Source: a virus
Strand: one strand, 5' to 3'
Virus record (IMG/VR): IMGVR_UViG_3300025168_000033
Span: 102,533-166,532 of that record
DNA: 64,000 nt
Shown: in pieces, positions 21,307 through 31,118 of the stretch
Numbering within the stretch: the first letter of the stretch is position 1
How the letters are laid out: every line of letters begins with the position of its first letter
The notes under the pieces: model-generated
Told to the model about the DNA's origin: nothing
Databases searched by the model: none
The model's input: only the letters and a program-made list of their open reading frames with translations
Translations under genes and position numbers: made by a program

Positions 21307-22785
21307 TTACTTTACCTTGATTCCGTATGTTTTATCAGACTTAGCTAAGGCTGTATCGTATTTTCCATCAAACCCGCTTACAACAAAAGTTTTTTGTGGA
21401 TTGACAACGACTCCTATTTTTTCCATCAATTCCCTATTAATAAGCATAGGAGTAGATTTAGATGAACGATCAACAACGCTAAAATGCATTTTACTATATG
21501 ATATTCCTCTAAATTTAATATCAAGTTCTATTATAGGACGTTTTGTAACCGTATCACCTACTTCGGCATTAGCGTAACCAACAATTTTTGATTTCATTTT
21601 TTTATTTCCAGCAGACCAATTTAAATAGCCATTTTTTTCTGACATTTTATCCGCATGAACTGATGACGATTTAGTACCGTTTCCACTATCAAATTTAGCA
21701 ACATATTCACCAAATCCAGTAAGATTAACAACTTCCATATATCCTATTTCAGTAACATTGACAGACCAATTAGATTTATCTTTTATGAAATCTATAATAT
21801 CTTGTAATATAGATTTTCCAATAACTTTTTTAATTCCTTTAGTCCCAGGAGAAGCATTTACTTCAAGTATATAATTCTTTTTAGTTTTATCATCAACAAT
21901 AATATCAACACCACACCAATGACATCCCATAGCATCTGCAGCCTTAACTGCTAAATTAATTTGTTCTTCAGTTAATTTTACATTTTCAACAGATCCACCA
22001 AGTGAATGATTAGTTCTAAAATCTTTTTTGTCTCCTCTATTACGTCGCATATATCCAATGATTTTAACATTGTCTTTATTGTTTCCGTGATAGTCAAATC
22101 TTTTAGTTAAGACCTGAATTCTAATATCGTAATCCGAATCAATTTTTTCTTGAATTAAAGTTTCAGTATCAGAAAGTTTCCACATTGTCTGTAAAACAGA
22201 TTTAAGCGATCCTTGTGAATCAATAATAGAAACACCTATTCCTTGAGATCCTGAAAGAGTCTTTAAAATTATAGGAAATTTTCCACCTATTTTTTTAATT
22301 GCATCATCTAATGAATCTATACTAGGAACTAATGCCGTTCTAGGCGTCGGTAATAAATGCTGCTCTAGTTTTTGTGCAGTTAAATATTTATTTTCACAAT
22401 CCAGGATTGAAGATAATGAATTAATGCAGAAGAATCCATTACTTTCAAATAATGATAGAATTCCACGAGTATATGTGTTTTTTACAACACCACGTCTAGC
22501 TATTATAACAGTATTTTCTTTATTAATAACAAATCCTTTTGATTCACCTTTATTTGTTAGCGTAATATTTCCATCATCATCTGGATCACTAATAGTACAG
22601 TCTTTTAAGCAAAATAAAAATCCGTTCATTCCAGAATTTACAGCCTTTTCAATTAAAAACTGTGGTGTATCTTGTGAATCTGGATCTACTGGCGTATTTG
22701 TCATTACAACAAGATTTAATTTATTACCTAGCTGAACTGCTTCAGTTAGCATATCATCAAATCTCTTGAACCTTATATTTTGCAT
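21307..22785 (-). CDS. rimK: RimK-like ATP-grasp ligase fused to a retropepsin-like (RimB-type) protease
   Basis: NKYLT, PTPRT, FPIILKTLSGSQGIGV, LIQEKI, DFRTNHSLGG, GVDI, LEVNASPG; C-terminal AKFDSGNG...DRSSKSTPMLINRELM. Confidence 0.85.
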   Translation of the reverse strand: MQNIRFKRFDDMLTEAVQLGNKLNLVVMTNTPVDPDSQDTPQFLIEKAVNSGMNGFLFCLKDCTISDPDDDGNITLTNKGESKGFVINKENTVIIARRGVVKNTYTRGILSLFESNGFFCINSLSSILDCENKYLTAQKLEQHLLPTPRTALVPSIDSLDDAIKKIGGKFPIILKTLSGSQGIGVSIIDSQGSLKSVLQTMWKLSDTETLIQEKIDSDYDIRIQVLTKRFDYHGNNKDNVKIIGYMRRNRGDKKDFRTNHSLGGSVENVKLTEEQINLAVKAADAMGCHWCGVDIIVDDKTKKNYILEVNASPGTKGIKKVIGKSILQDIIDFIKDKSNWSVNVTEIGYMEVVNLTGFGEYVAKFDSGNGTKSSSVHADKMSEKNGYLNWSAGNKKMKSKIVGYANAEVGDTVTKRPIIELDIKFRGISYSKMHFSVVDRSSKSTPMLINRELMEKIGVVVNPQKTFVVSGFDGKYDTALAKSDKTYGIKVK

Positions 22786-22816
22786 GTGAATACTTATTTT
22801 AGTTATTTATCTAAAT

Positions 22817-22846
22817 TAAAAATGGAGGAAACTTAATTCCTCCATT
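22817..22846 (-). terminator. Intrinsic terminator after S1-like gene
   Basis: AATGGAGGAA-TTAAGT-TTCCTCCATT followed by TTT on the minus strand. Confidence 0.75.
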
Positions 22847-22850
22847 GATT

Positions 22851-23993
22851 CTATAATTTAAAAAATAGCTTTTTTGATTCTTTATCTATTCGATACAGAT
22901 CGACTGTTATATCATCACCCTGTTCGAGTTCAATATTAAGACCTTCATATTCAGATTTATGAAGCAGTCCTGTTATTTTAGGTTCTAGTTCAACAAATAA
23001 TCCGAATCGAGTTATATTTCTAATTTTACCAGTAACGCTACTAGGAACTTTATATCGTTTTTCAATATCATCCCAAGGATCAAGTTCTTCAATTATTTCT
23101 TTTTGAGTAAGAACAATTCTAAATGCATCTACAACCTCTTTAATTTTAAATTCTATTGAATCTCCTGGCTTGATACTTCTACTATTAAATTCTTCAAATG
23201 ATTTCGAATCTAATTCAGATTTATGAATTAATCCAGTAAGACAACTATCAAATTCTACAAAAATACCTATCTTTGATGCGCCTGTTACAAATCCAGTTTT
23301 AGTCTCACCTTGAACGAGATTTGCTGCAGCTTCAGGAACCTGAGTTTTTAGAAATGCTCTATGTGAAACTACAATATAATTTTTACCTGAATCATAATTG
23401 ATAGGACATACATAAATATCTTGTCCTAATAAAGATTCAAAGTTTGTTAATTTATTCATACCACCTTGTGATCCAGGCATAAATACTTCAATACCTCCTA
23501 TATCTAGAAAATATCCACCGTAAACTAGGGTTTTAACTTTTGCAGGATATGCAAAATTAGCACCAATATTAGATTTTATTTCTTCAAACCTACGTTTCTT
23601 AATACCGTCAGTATAGGATCCTACAATATTATAATTTTTTGATTTTTGCTTATTTGAAACTTCTTTTAATAAGACTTCTATTGAATCACCTTCATTAAGA
23701 TCCTCAATAAATTCTGGACTTTCTTTTGATAAATCTAGATATGCTGATTCTCTCCAGTTAATGTCTACTTCTAAATAGCCATTACTCTTTTTTACTATTG
23801 TTCCTTGTGTAATTGTTTTGCTAGAAGGTTTTTTGAAATCTTTGCCTTCCCAGTGAGATGTTAATGTGTCGTAATATTCTTGTGCATAATCTTCTTTTGA
23901 AAGAATTTTTTCACCATTAGATGTTATTACTGTTGAGGTTTTTGTTGACCAATCGAAATTATCAATTGGTGATACATGATTGTACGCTGACAT
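22851..23993 (-). CDS. rpsA: Ribosomal protein S1-like protein (four S1 domains)
   Basis: GGYFLDIGGIEVFMPGS, GIFVEFDSCLTGLIHKSEL, GKIRNITRFGLFVELEPKITGLLHKSE. Confidence 0.85.
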   Translation of the reverse strand: MSAYNHVSPIDNFDWSTKTSTVITSNGEKILSKEDYAQEYYDTLTSHWEGKDFKKPSSKTITQGTIVKKSNGYLEVDINWRESAYLDLSKESPEFIEDLNEGDSIEVLLKEVSNKQKSKNYNIVGSYTDGIKKRRFEEIKSNIGANFAYPAKVKTLVYGGYFLDIGGIEVFMPGSQGGMNKLTNFESLLGQDIYVCPINYDSGKNYIVVSHRAFLKTQVPEAAANLVQGETKTGFVTGASKIGIFVEFDSCLTGLIHKSELDSKSFEEFNSRSIKPGDSIEFKIKEVVDAFRIVLTQKEIIEELDPWDDIEKRYKVPSSVTGKIRNITRFGLFVELEPKITGLLHKSEYEGLNIELEQGDDITVDLYRIDKESKKLFFKL

Positions 23994-24041
23994 TTTTTTA
24001 AGTTTAAGTAAATAATTAATATAGGTTATATATCCCTAGTA

Positions 24042-24494
24042 TTATTTGAATTTCTTTATAAGATCTGTAATATCAATATGAACACCTACCATTCTTACCG
24101 GCTTATCATCATCCCATTCACAAACACAACCACGACACAAAATATCTACAGTATGTCCTAATTTATGTTTATATCTAGATATAACTTCAAATTTAATTTT
24201 TCCTTTTGATTTTACGTGATCTGCAAATTGTTGAAGAGCATCAGTTAAATCATCCGAATGAATTAATTTCATCCATGTACTGGTTGAATTTTCTAATTCA
24301 CTGTCGCTATATCCTAATTGATTTTTCCATGAGGGACTTAAATATTCATAGTTAGTAACAATATTCCAATCCCAGTATCCATCTAAAGTATTATCAAGTA
24401 CATCGGTTAATGTCTGATTTTCGCTAGCAAGATTCAACTCTATTTTATTTAAAGTATCTGTTAGCTCTTTTATTTTTTTTAAATTATCTGGCAT
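24042..24494 (-). CDS. Stand-alone PAS domain protein
   Basis: DGYWDWNI...YLSPSWKNQLGY...WMKLIHSDD...RYKHKLGH...RG...RMVGVHIDIT is a classic PAS/PAC pattern. Confidence 0.9.
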   Translation of the reverse strand: MPDNLKKIKELTDTLNKIELNLASENQTLTDVLDNTLDGYWDWNIVTNYEYLSPSWKNQLGYSDSELENSTSTWMKLIHSDDLTDALQQFADHVKSKGKIKFEVISRYKHKLGHTVDILCRGCVCEWDDDKPVRMVGVHIDITDLIKKFK

Positions 24495-24496
24495 AT

Positions 24497-24856
24497 TTAA
24501 AAAATTTTATCTTTAAAAAAGACTATAATAACCCAAAGAACCTGTACTGCAATTCCAACTCCAACAACTAATTGCCATTTAGATTTTTGATGATACAATT
24601 CATCTTTTGCTTCTTTCATTTGAGATGGCGACCATACTTCATTAACCTTTTCCTTGAATTCTTTAAGTTCGTTTACTTCTCGTTCAGTTGTCTTAAAATC
24701 TGATAAAGTCTCATTAATTTCTTTAAATCTTTTGTCCATATCAGCACGAAGTCGTTCCTGTCCTGTAGTCAATTGCTCTAATTGAGCGAGCACTAATCGT
24801 CCATATTCAGACCATCCGTTTTTTGGAGTATTTTTATTTTCGTTAGACATAATCAT
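24497..24856 (-). CDS. Coiled-coil protein with C-terminal transmembrane helix (holin-like candidate)
   Basis: LVVGVGIAVQVLWVIIVFF after a coiled coil. Confidence 0.5.
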   Translation of the reverse strand: MIMSNENKNTPKNGWSEYGRLVLAQLEQLTTGQERLRADMDKRFKEINETLSDFKTTEREVNELKEFKEKVNEVWSPSQMKEAKDELYHQKSKWQLVVGVGIAVQVLWVIIVFFKDKIF

Positions 24857-25068
24857 TGAGATGAAAGCAATGCAAGTAACCTATTACACATATTCTCATA
24901 ATGTTTAATTTTTGTACCGGGTTTTTCAAGTGTTGCAATTATCTTCATTTCAGCATGAAGTAAACTTTGAATATCATTAAGAATTTCCATATATCTAGGA
25001 GAATCATTTGGATAGTTTTCTAACGTATCCAACAATATTCTTAGATTTATGATATTTTCACTTGCCAT
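24853..25068 (-). CDS. Hypothetical protein
   Basis: 71 aa, ATGA-coupled to next gene, preceded by GATATATAA motif. Confidence 0.55.
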   Translation of the reverse strand: MASENIINLRILLDTLENYPNDSPRYMEILNDIQSLLHAEMKIIATLEKPGTKIKHYENMCNRLLALLSSQ

Positions 25069-25091
25069 AATATGATTTATATATCTAAAGT

Positions 25092-25334
25092 TTATGTTAT
25101 AACTCCTATACTGCTTCCAGTACCAGCACCTACTTGAGCTACTGCTGATCCTGTAGTAGCAACAACTGTTAATATCGGTACTGTTATTGTTTGTGATCTT
25201 ATATATGCATCTATTGCGGTTGCTAAATCTGCAGCAACTTTGTCAATGGCAGCTTTTGATTTTGTATCTGGTGCATCAAGACTACCTAATGCTGCTGCTA
25301 TTTGAAGTTCGAATGGTTTTTTTATTAGTGGCAT
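25092..25334 (-). CDS. Small baseplate spike-associated protein
   Basis: LATAIDAYIRSQTITV pattern, directly downstream of gp5-like gene. Confidence 0.5.
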   Translation of the reverse strand: MPLIKKPFELQIAAALGSLDAPDTKSKAAIDKVAADLATAIDAYIRSQTITVPILTVVATTGSAVAQVGAGTGSSIGVIT

Positions 25335-25362
25335 AATTATATGATTTAATTTAATTTAATTA

Positions 25363-26172
25363 TTATGATTTTGATGGACCGTCGACAGAAACAGTATTAC
25401 TTCTTGTCTGTGGTATTTCTTTTGAATCTATAGAAGTAAGTGCAGGTGTAATTGGTGCTACTGCAGCCAATAATGCTGCATATTCAGGTACTAATCCTGT
25501 AGTAAATGGGACTGCACCAGCCGCGGCTCCATTTTTTGTAGCAAATTCAATTACTGCATCATTCAATGCTTTTAATTGATCAGATAATGCGGTTAATGCT
25601 GTTACATTTTTTTCACCTAAAACTGCGGGTTCATCACTAATGGTTTCTGTTCCAATGCTAATATGATCTTCCTGTATATGAACTACCTTTCCAGCCGCAT
25701 GTTCAAGATAAATTGTATTATCTGGTCGTATATTTATTTGGCTTAAATTATAGTCAATCATTAAGCCCTTTTCTATAGTGTAAAATATTTTAAGACCGCC
25801 TTCAATCTCGGTATCATACATTAATACTTGAGCAGTTGCATAATTATCACCTGTTATTTCAGCAGATAATTCTTCAGACAAATGTTGAATATATGTATAG
25901 ATTGGCGTATATAAATTACTATTTTCAAATTGTACATTAACAATCGATCCGATCTTGGGTAATGAAAATTGACCCGAGCCTGTAGCACTTCCTGCACTTG
26001 TCATAAATCCTGAAGGACTTGCCCATGGAATTTGTGCATCTTCTAGTTTATCAAATTTACCAAAAACTTTTACGCGTACGCGACCTTTTTCTAGCGGATC
26101 TAATATATCAACTACTTCACCTAACCAGTCCATTTGACCGATCTTATCGTTTGTCATTTCTGATGTCTTCAT
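25363..26172 (-). CDS. Baseplate central spike (gp5/VgrG OB-fold N-terminus)
   Basis: GEVVDILDPLEKGRVRVKVFG...IPWA...LPKIGSIVNVQFEN. Confidence 0.85.
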   Translation of the reverse strand: MKTSEMTNDKIGQMDWLGEVVDILDPLEKGRVRVKVFGKFDKLEDAQIPWASPSGFMTSAGSATGSGQFSLPKIGSIVNVQFENSNLYTPIYTYIQHLSEELSAEITGDNYATAQVLMYDTEIEGGLKIFYTIEKGLMIDYNLSQINIRPDNTIYLEHAAGKVVHIQEDHISIGTETISDEPAVLGEKNVTALTALSDQLKALNDAVIEFATKNGAAAGAVPFTTGLVPEYAALLAAVAPITPALTSIDSKEIPQTRSNTVSVDGPSKS

Positions 26173-27500
26173 TATGGATAAACTGTTTTAGGCGATACAT
26201 CTGAATCAGTATCATTATTTAAACTAGGTCCAGAAGTATTATTTCCACTAGCTGTAGTAGTATCATTATTTAAACTAACACCTTCGGTATTATTTCCATC
26301 TGCTCGATCAGTTCTATTTGCTAAGCTAGCACCTTCAGTATTATTTCCACCTGCTCGATCAGTTCTATTTGCTAAACTTCCGCTTTCACTATTTGAATTT
26401 TTAGGACCATTTGGACCTCTTAATTTATTTGTAATGTTATTTAATGATACAGATTCACCACCGATAGCATCTAATACCATACTAGCAACACCAATTTTTG
26501 CAGCATCAACCTTTTCGCCTATAAATCCACGAGCTAAACTTGTTGCAATTCCAGTAGCTTTATCTGCAATAAAATCACCTAGATTTGAATCATCAGGCTT
26601 ATCAAATGCAGCTATATCCAATCCACCGGTAACAATATCAGCAATTTTTTCATTACCAAATATCATATAAACATTTTCTTCTACGATGCTTTTTGTATTG
26701 ATTTTTATTGATTGAATACCGGTTGTCATTGCATCGCCTTTATTATTTAAAGACGCAAATATACCTGATCCACTTTCTAAATCAATAGTACATTTATGTA
26801 ATGAAAATAGCATTCGAGTCGTATTTTCCATAGATGATTGTTTATCATTAGGTCCTGTAATTTTAGACCAGATTCCTTTAGCGGCCTTTCCAAAGTCAGT
26901 GCCCTTTACATCATTAAATTTAGATTTTACATTTTTACCTGTAAATTCACCAAAAGGATTTTTAGGGTACGGATCACCAACAAATGTAGAATTGAAAACA
27001 TATACACCCATATTGAATTTACGTAAATTATGAGGAACTACTTCTCTAATATTTTCAAAATCAAAACAAGCCTTACGATATAAATCTATAAGTCCAGTCA
27101 TTTTAAATGTGACATCATCGAGACATTCAATTGTAATATCTTTTGATACTACTGGATTTGAAAAATCTCGTTTCCAGATTTCATCTAATCCTTCGATAGC
27201 TTGGAAATACCAAGACATATCATTACTTATAAACTTAAGAACTTCAACAAAATGCTTTAAATATGCAGCTCGTTCTAATTCATTAATTGACAATAAATAT
27301 GAATGTGCAGTATTTTTATTTGTTTCATCTATAGTTAATAAAGGACTTGTATTAAAATCAAACATCAAACGAAATGCAATTATTGATGGATCCTGAGTAG
27401 TCATAAAAGTATTAGTCTCAAAAAATAAATTAGTTTTTTGAAACCTCGACATTTCAGGGTCCTTATATTTATTTAAAAGAAAATCGTCAATTAATGCCAT
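26172..27500 (-). CDS. Tail tube-like / baseplate-tube junction protein with repetitive C-terminus
   Basis: ITIECLDDVTFKMTGLIDLYRKACFD resembles gp19-like tube folds; located between hub and spike genes. Confidence 0.5.
   Translation of the reverse strand: MALIDDFLLNKYKDPEMSRFQKTNLFFETNTFMTTQDPSIIAFRLMFDFNTSPLLTIDETNKNTAHSYLLSINELERAAYLKHFVEVLKFISNDMSWYFQAIEGLDEIWKRDFSNPVVSKDITIECLDDVTFKMTGLIDLYRKACFDFENIREVVPHNLRKFNMGVYVFNSTFVGDPYPKNPFGEFTGKNVKSKFNDVKGTDFGKAAKGIWSKITGPNDKQSSMENTTRMLFSLHKCTIDLESGSGIFASLNNKGDAMTTGIQSIKINTKSIVEENVYMIFGNEKIADIVTGGLDIAAFDKPDDSNLGDFIADKATGIATSLARGFIGEKVDAAKIGVASMVLDAIGGESVSLNNITNKLRGPNGPKNSNSESGSLANRTDRAGGNNTEGASLANRTDRADGNNTEGVSLNNDTTTASGNNTSGPSLNNDTDSDVSPKTVYP
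26205..26380. repeat. 51-bp (17-aa) tandem repeat, about 3.4 units
   Basis: SLANRTDRAGGNNTEGA / SLANRTDRADGNNTEGV / SLNNDTTTASGNNTSGP / SLNNDT. Confidence 0.9.
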
Positions 27501-27514
27501 AAAAGTTTAATATT

Positions 27515-29005
27515 TTAGTAGTCTATGTTTTCAACTGGAATTGGCCATTCACGACGTAAACAATTAAGTTTCATTCCTATACCAGCTCCTTTATATATGT
27601 ATTCAATTGAATCTATTACATAATATCCACTTAGAAATTCATTCTTTGTTTTTGCTCCTGGAGTTTCTGTTGAATCTTCAGTTTCGTTATCTTTAGTTTC
27701 TTCCTCGCCAAGCTCTTCGTCTCGTTTTTCATTTAATCTTTTAGTATTAGGATCACCATTATAAATGCTAATAGGAATTCTTTGATACCTATAAAGATTA
27801 AAATTCATATTTGGCATTTCAACGGTCAATGCCATTTTATTAATTTCTTTTAGATTTTGATAATTCAAAATCTGTGCAAAAATATAATTTTCATGCATAT
27901 TATATCCATCAAGTTGTGTTCCGCCTGATACTTGTTTACCAAGATATTTATACTTTACTTGAGATTCATAAAATGTTTCATCCGCACGACCCTTTTGTAA
28001 TATTAAATCTTTTTCTGCTCCTTCAGTTGTTAACGGATCTACAAAAAATTCATTCCATTCTCTAACAAAATCATCATAATATTGACAGTATCTTTTATAG
28101 CCATTCATTCTCCAGGTCTTTCCAGAAATATTAGTCAAACCGTAATTATTAATGTACATGTCTGAATCACGTTTAGCTTCTTCATTTGATAAAAATAAAG
28201 TTGTTAATGAACTAGCAGGTTCTCCTGTCACAGTTCCGTCCCTATTAGGATTTTGTCCTATTGAAATAGTCGCATCTTCAAATAAATCTTCTGTACTAAA
28301 TTGCTTATTAATATTTACAAAACATAAATAATAATACGGATCGATATATGACGTCCAAAAACTATCATCATCTTTATATGCCTGTAATGTCAAATCATTT
28401 ATAAACTTTAAATTTGTATCATACGGTCTAATTCTCACCATTGGATCTAATGTTTCAGATTCATTTGATGCATATCCAAGACCTAGATTATCAGCCACTA
28501 AATTAATTTGAGCAAATGTAGATGCTTCTTCAAATGCTTCACAATCCTCAGCATGAAGATTTGGTACCTTCATTGAACATTCTAAAGTAAATAAATTAGG
28601 ATTGCTAGAAACAAATTTTATTGAAATTATATCAAAGTCTATTCTTATTTCTTTAAATACTTCATCATCAGGCGGTTTAATAAATACGGATACAATATCA
28701 CCATCTTTAGGATAATCTCTATCACCAAATCTATTACTAACATCACTAATTACTAGTTTTGCACTAGGCAAAAATCCACTAATACTAATTGAAAAAAATG
28801 AAATTTCTTCCTGTTTTAATTGTGTAGAATTAATTTGAATCAATGGAATAACTGTCCCAGAAATCTGCGAAGCTTTATTCATGGTCGGGCTAGAATTTGC
28901 ATTTCCGCTACCTTCATCAGGACTTTCAAAATCCTCAATCGACATAGGATCTAATGCTATCGTAGGATCCGTTAATGGTAATATTTGTCTATCTGTATTT
29001 GCCAT
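27515..29005 (-). CDS. Baseplate hub protein (gp27/GpD-like)
   Basis: C-terminal FLSGYYVIDSIEYIY...LNCLRREW; position between gp53-like and spike genes. Confidence 0.65.
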   Translation of the reverse strand: MANTDRQILPLTDPTIALDPMSIEDFESPDEGSGNANSSPTMNKASQISGTVIPLIQINSTQLKQEEISFFSISISGFLPSAKLVISDVSNRFGDRDYPKDGDIVSVFIKPPDDEVFKEIRIDFDIISIKFVSSNPNLFTLECSMKVPNLHAEDCEAFEEASTFAQINLVADNLGLGYASNESETLDPMVRIRPYDTNLKFINDLTLQAYKDDDSFWTSYIDPYYYLCFVNINKQFSTEDLFEDATISIGQNPNRDGTVTGEPASSLTTLFLSNEEAKRDSDMYINNYGLTNISGKTWRMNGYKRYCQYYDDFVREWNEFFVDPLTTEGAEKDLILQKGRADETFYESQVKYKYLGKQVSGGTQLDGYNMHENYIFAQILNYQNLKEINKMALTVEMPNMNFNLYRYQRIPISIYNGDPNTKRLNEKRDEELGEEETKDNETEDSTETPGAKTKNEFLSGYYVIDSIEYIYKGAGIGMKLNCLRREWPIPVENIDY

Positions 29006-29008
29006 TGA

Positions 29009-29554
29009 TTATGACTTTTTAGATTTATGTGCACTAAGTTGTATTGATCCGCCACCAAATGTAAATGCATTTTCACCAGCACGTTTTAAATTTGTAGGCT
29101 TAACTTCACTAGCACCGTTAGCCTTTTTAGCGGCCTGTTTTTGAAGATTTTTAATTCTTGCAATATCTTTTTTACTAGCTCTATCAGGATTCAGGAATAA
29201 TTCTTTAGTAACATCAATAGCAGCTTTAGGTTTCTTAGGACTTCTATAAAATTTCTGTGCAGCATTCTTATCTAGAATAATTAACACATCACCAATATCA
29301 ATAGAAAACGGATTAGAAATATTATTTGCTTTAAGAATAAGGTCTACATGATCTGTAGATCCATATACCGCAAATGAAATAAGATCTGGTCTCATGACAT
29401 ATTGTTCATTAACGACAATAAGTTTTTTCACAATAAATGATGCTGAATTATCATCAATAATGAGAGTCGGTTCCTGTAAGTCTAAAATAGTTTCACCATT
29501 AAATTCTTTAGTTCCTTTTAAATTTGTAGTTCTTATATCCATTATGCATTCCAT
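29009..29554 (-). CDS. Baseplate wedge gp53/LysM-like protein
   Basis: RPDLISFAVYGSTDHVDLILKANNISNPFSIDIGDVLII. Confidence 0.8.
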   Translation of the reverse strand: MECIMDIRTTNLKGTKEFNGETILDLQEPTLIIDDNSASFIVKKLIVVNEQYVMRPDLISFAVYGSTDHVDLILKANNISNPFSIDIGDVLIILDKNAAQKFYRSPKKPKAAIDVTKELFLNPDRASKKDIARIKNLQKQAAKKANGASEVKPTNLKRAGENAFTFGGGSIQLSAHKSKKS

Positions 29555-31092
29555 TTTCGTTTTTCTTCAACTATAGTAGGACTCCAATTTCCAAATCTAT
29601 TTAAACTTGCTAAGTTTGCATCTAAAGGATTATCATGTAAAGTTTTACCTTTACCACCACCTTTAGATTTACTTAAAGATTTATTACCGGCATAAGATTT
29701 AGAACTCGGTTCAAGAACTGGTAATTTTATATTTCCATTTCCAAAGCTGAACATAGCCTGTATTCCAGATCTATCTCTAGGCATTGCTGGTTTTAATGAA
29801 CAAGTAAGTTTAAGTTTAGATGGGAATCCGTCAACTCCTATAGGACCGCCTAATTCAAATTTAGAATTTTCTAACATAAGATTTCCTACTACCATTATAG
29901 GGTACAAAGGATTTCCAATTGTTAAATGCCATTCACCTGTATCTTCACCGCTTAATAAAGCTTGAAATCCTAGAATTTCTGGTCGACCCATTTCATCTAA
30001 CGCCATACCACCTAACATATTAGCAATATTTCCACCAATATTCTTAGCCATATTTTTTACTCCTTCTATTGATGCACCTTTCCCACCTGTTAATTTTTCA
30101 AATCCCGAAGTCATACTTTTCATTGCGCTATCAACATAACCAGCTAAATCACCACTAGCAAGTTTTGAAGGATCTCCAAGAAATCCAGGAGCTTTTTTAC
30201 CTAGAAGACGATTTGCACCTCCCCAGAAATCTCCTCTGTTATAAGTTAATAAAAGAAGATTTGTTAAAAGATCTAGCATCGCAGCTCTAGGATTTACACC
30301 ATCAATAGATTTTAATTCATATTCAAATATAAGCTCAAATGATTGCTCATGCTCTAGTCCACGATCTCTAATATGTAAATTATCTACAACATCTATAGGA
30401 CCATATACCGTATTAGTATATGTTGCTACTGGATCAAATGACATTGCATCATCGCCTTTAGCGGCCTGTGAAGATTGTGATTTTGATGTAGCTGTTATTG
30501 CAGTTTTAGCTCTTTTACCCATTTTAGTAGAGAACAAGGATCCACTTCCAAATCCTTTAGATGAATCTGCAGTTTTTGTATCAATCTTGGATTCAATTTT
30601 CTTATATTTTAATTTAACACTAAAACCAAGTAATGATTCCATTGTATTTTTTTCGCCAGTCATATATCCTACAGCTCGAGCAACATCTGGCATGCTACCA
30701 TAACTATCAGGACTCCAGATATTATCACCGACAGGCGATCCAAATCTTCTTAATGTAATCATCCAGTGATTTGGAATTTCACCAAAATCTGAACAATATG
30801 CAAAATCAGAATATTCATATTCTATAGCCCCTAAATCAAGGTTGCATAATGTATTAGTTGTAGGATTTTTAAATCGAGTTCTAGCATTACCATCACCCCA
30901 ATCACTTTCTTCAAAGCTTGAACCTTTATTTTCAAGATATCCAGGACCAGATGAGAATAGATTGTATCTACTAAAAATTGAATGATAGCCAGTAACACTT
31001 TCAGAATCACCAGTATATTTAATAGATGCACTTCCTTGAGATGCTAAATTACCTATTCTATTATCATTAGACTCGTTCTGACTATCCGACAT
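29542..31092 (-). CDS. Tail tube initiator-like baseplate protein (gp48/54-like)
   Basis: FELIFEYEL and GFPSKLKLTCSLKP; conserved position upstream of gp53-like gene. Confidence 0.45.
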   Translation of the reverse strand: MSDSQNESNDNRIGNLASQGSASIKYTGDSESVTGYHSIFSRYNLFSSGPGYLENKGSSFEESDWGDGNARTRFKNPTTNTLCNLDLGAIEYEYSDFAYCSDFGEIPNHWMITLRRFGSPVGDNIWSPDSYGSMPDVARAVGYMTGEKNTMESLLGFSVKLKYKKIESKIDTKTADSSKGFGSGSLFSTKMGKRAKTAITATSKSQSSQAAKGDDAMSFDPVATYTNTVYGPIDVVDNLHIRDRGLEHEQSFELIFEYELKSIDGVNPRAAMLDLLTNLLLLTYNRGDFWGGANRLLGKKAPGFLGDPSKLASGDLAGYVDSAMKSMTSGFEKLTGGKGASIEGVKNMAKNIGGNIANMLGGMALDEMGRPEILGFQALLSGEDTGEWHLTIGNPLYPIMVVGNLMLENSKFELGGPIGVDGFPSKLKLTCSLKPAMPRDRSGIQAMFSFGNGNIKLPVLEPSSKSYAGNKSLSKSKGGGKGKTLHDNPLDANLASLNRFGNWSPTIVEEKRKWNA

Positions 31093-31118
31093 AAATAAAC
31101 ATTTATTTTATATATCAA

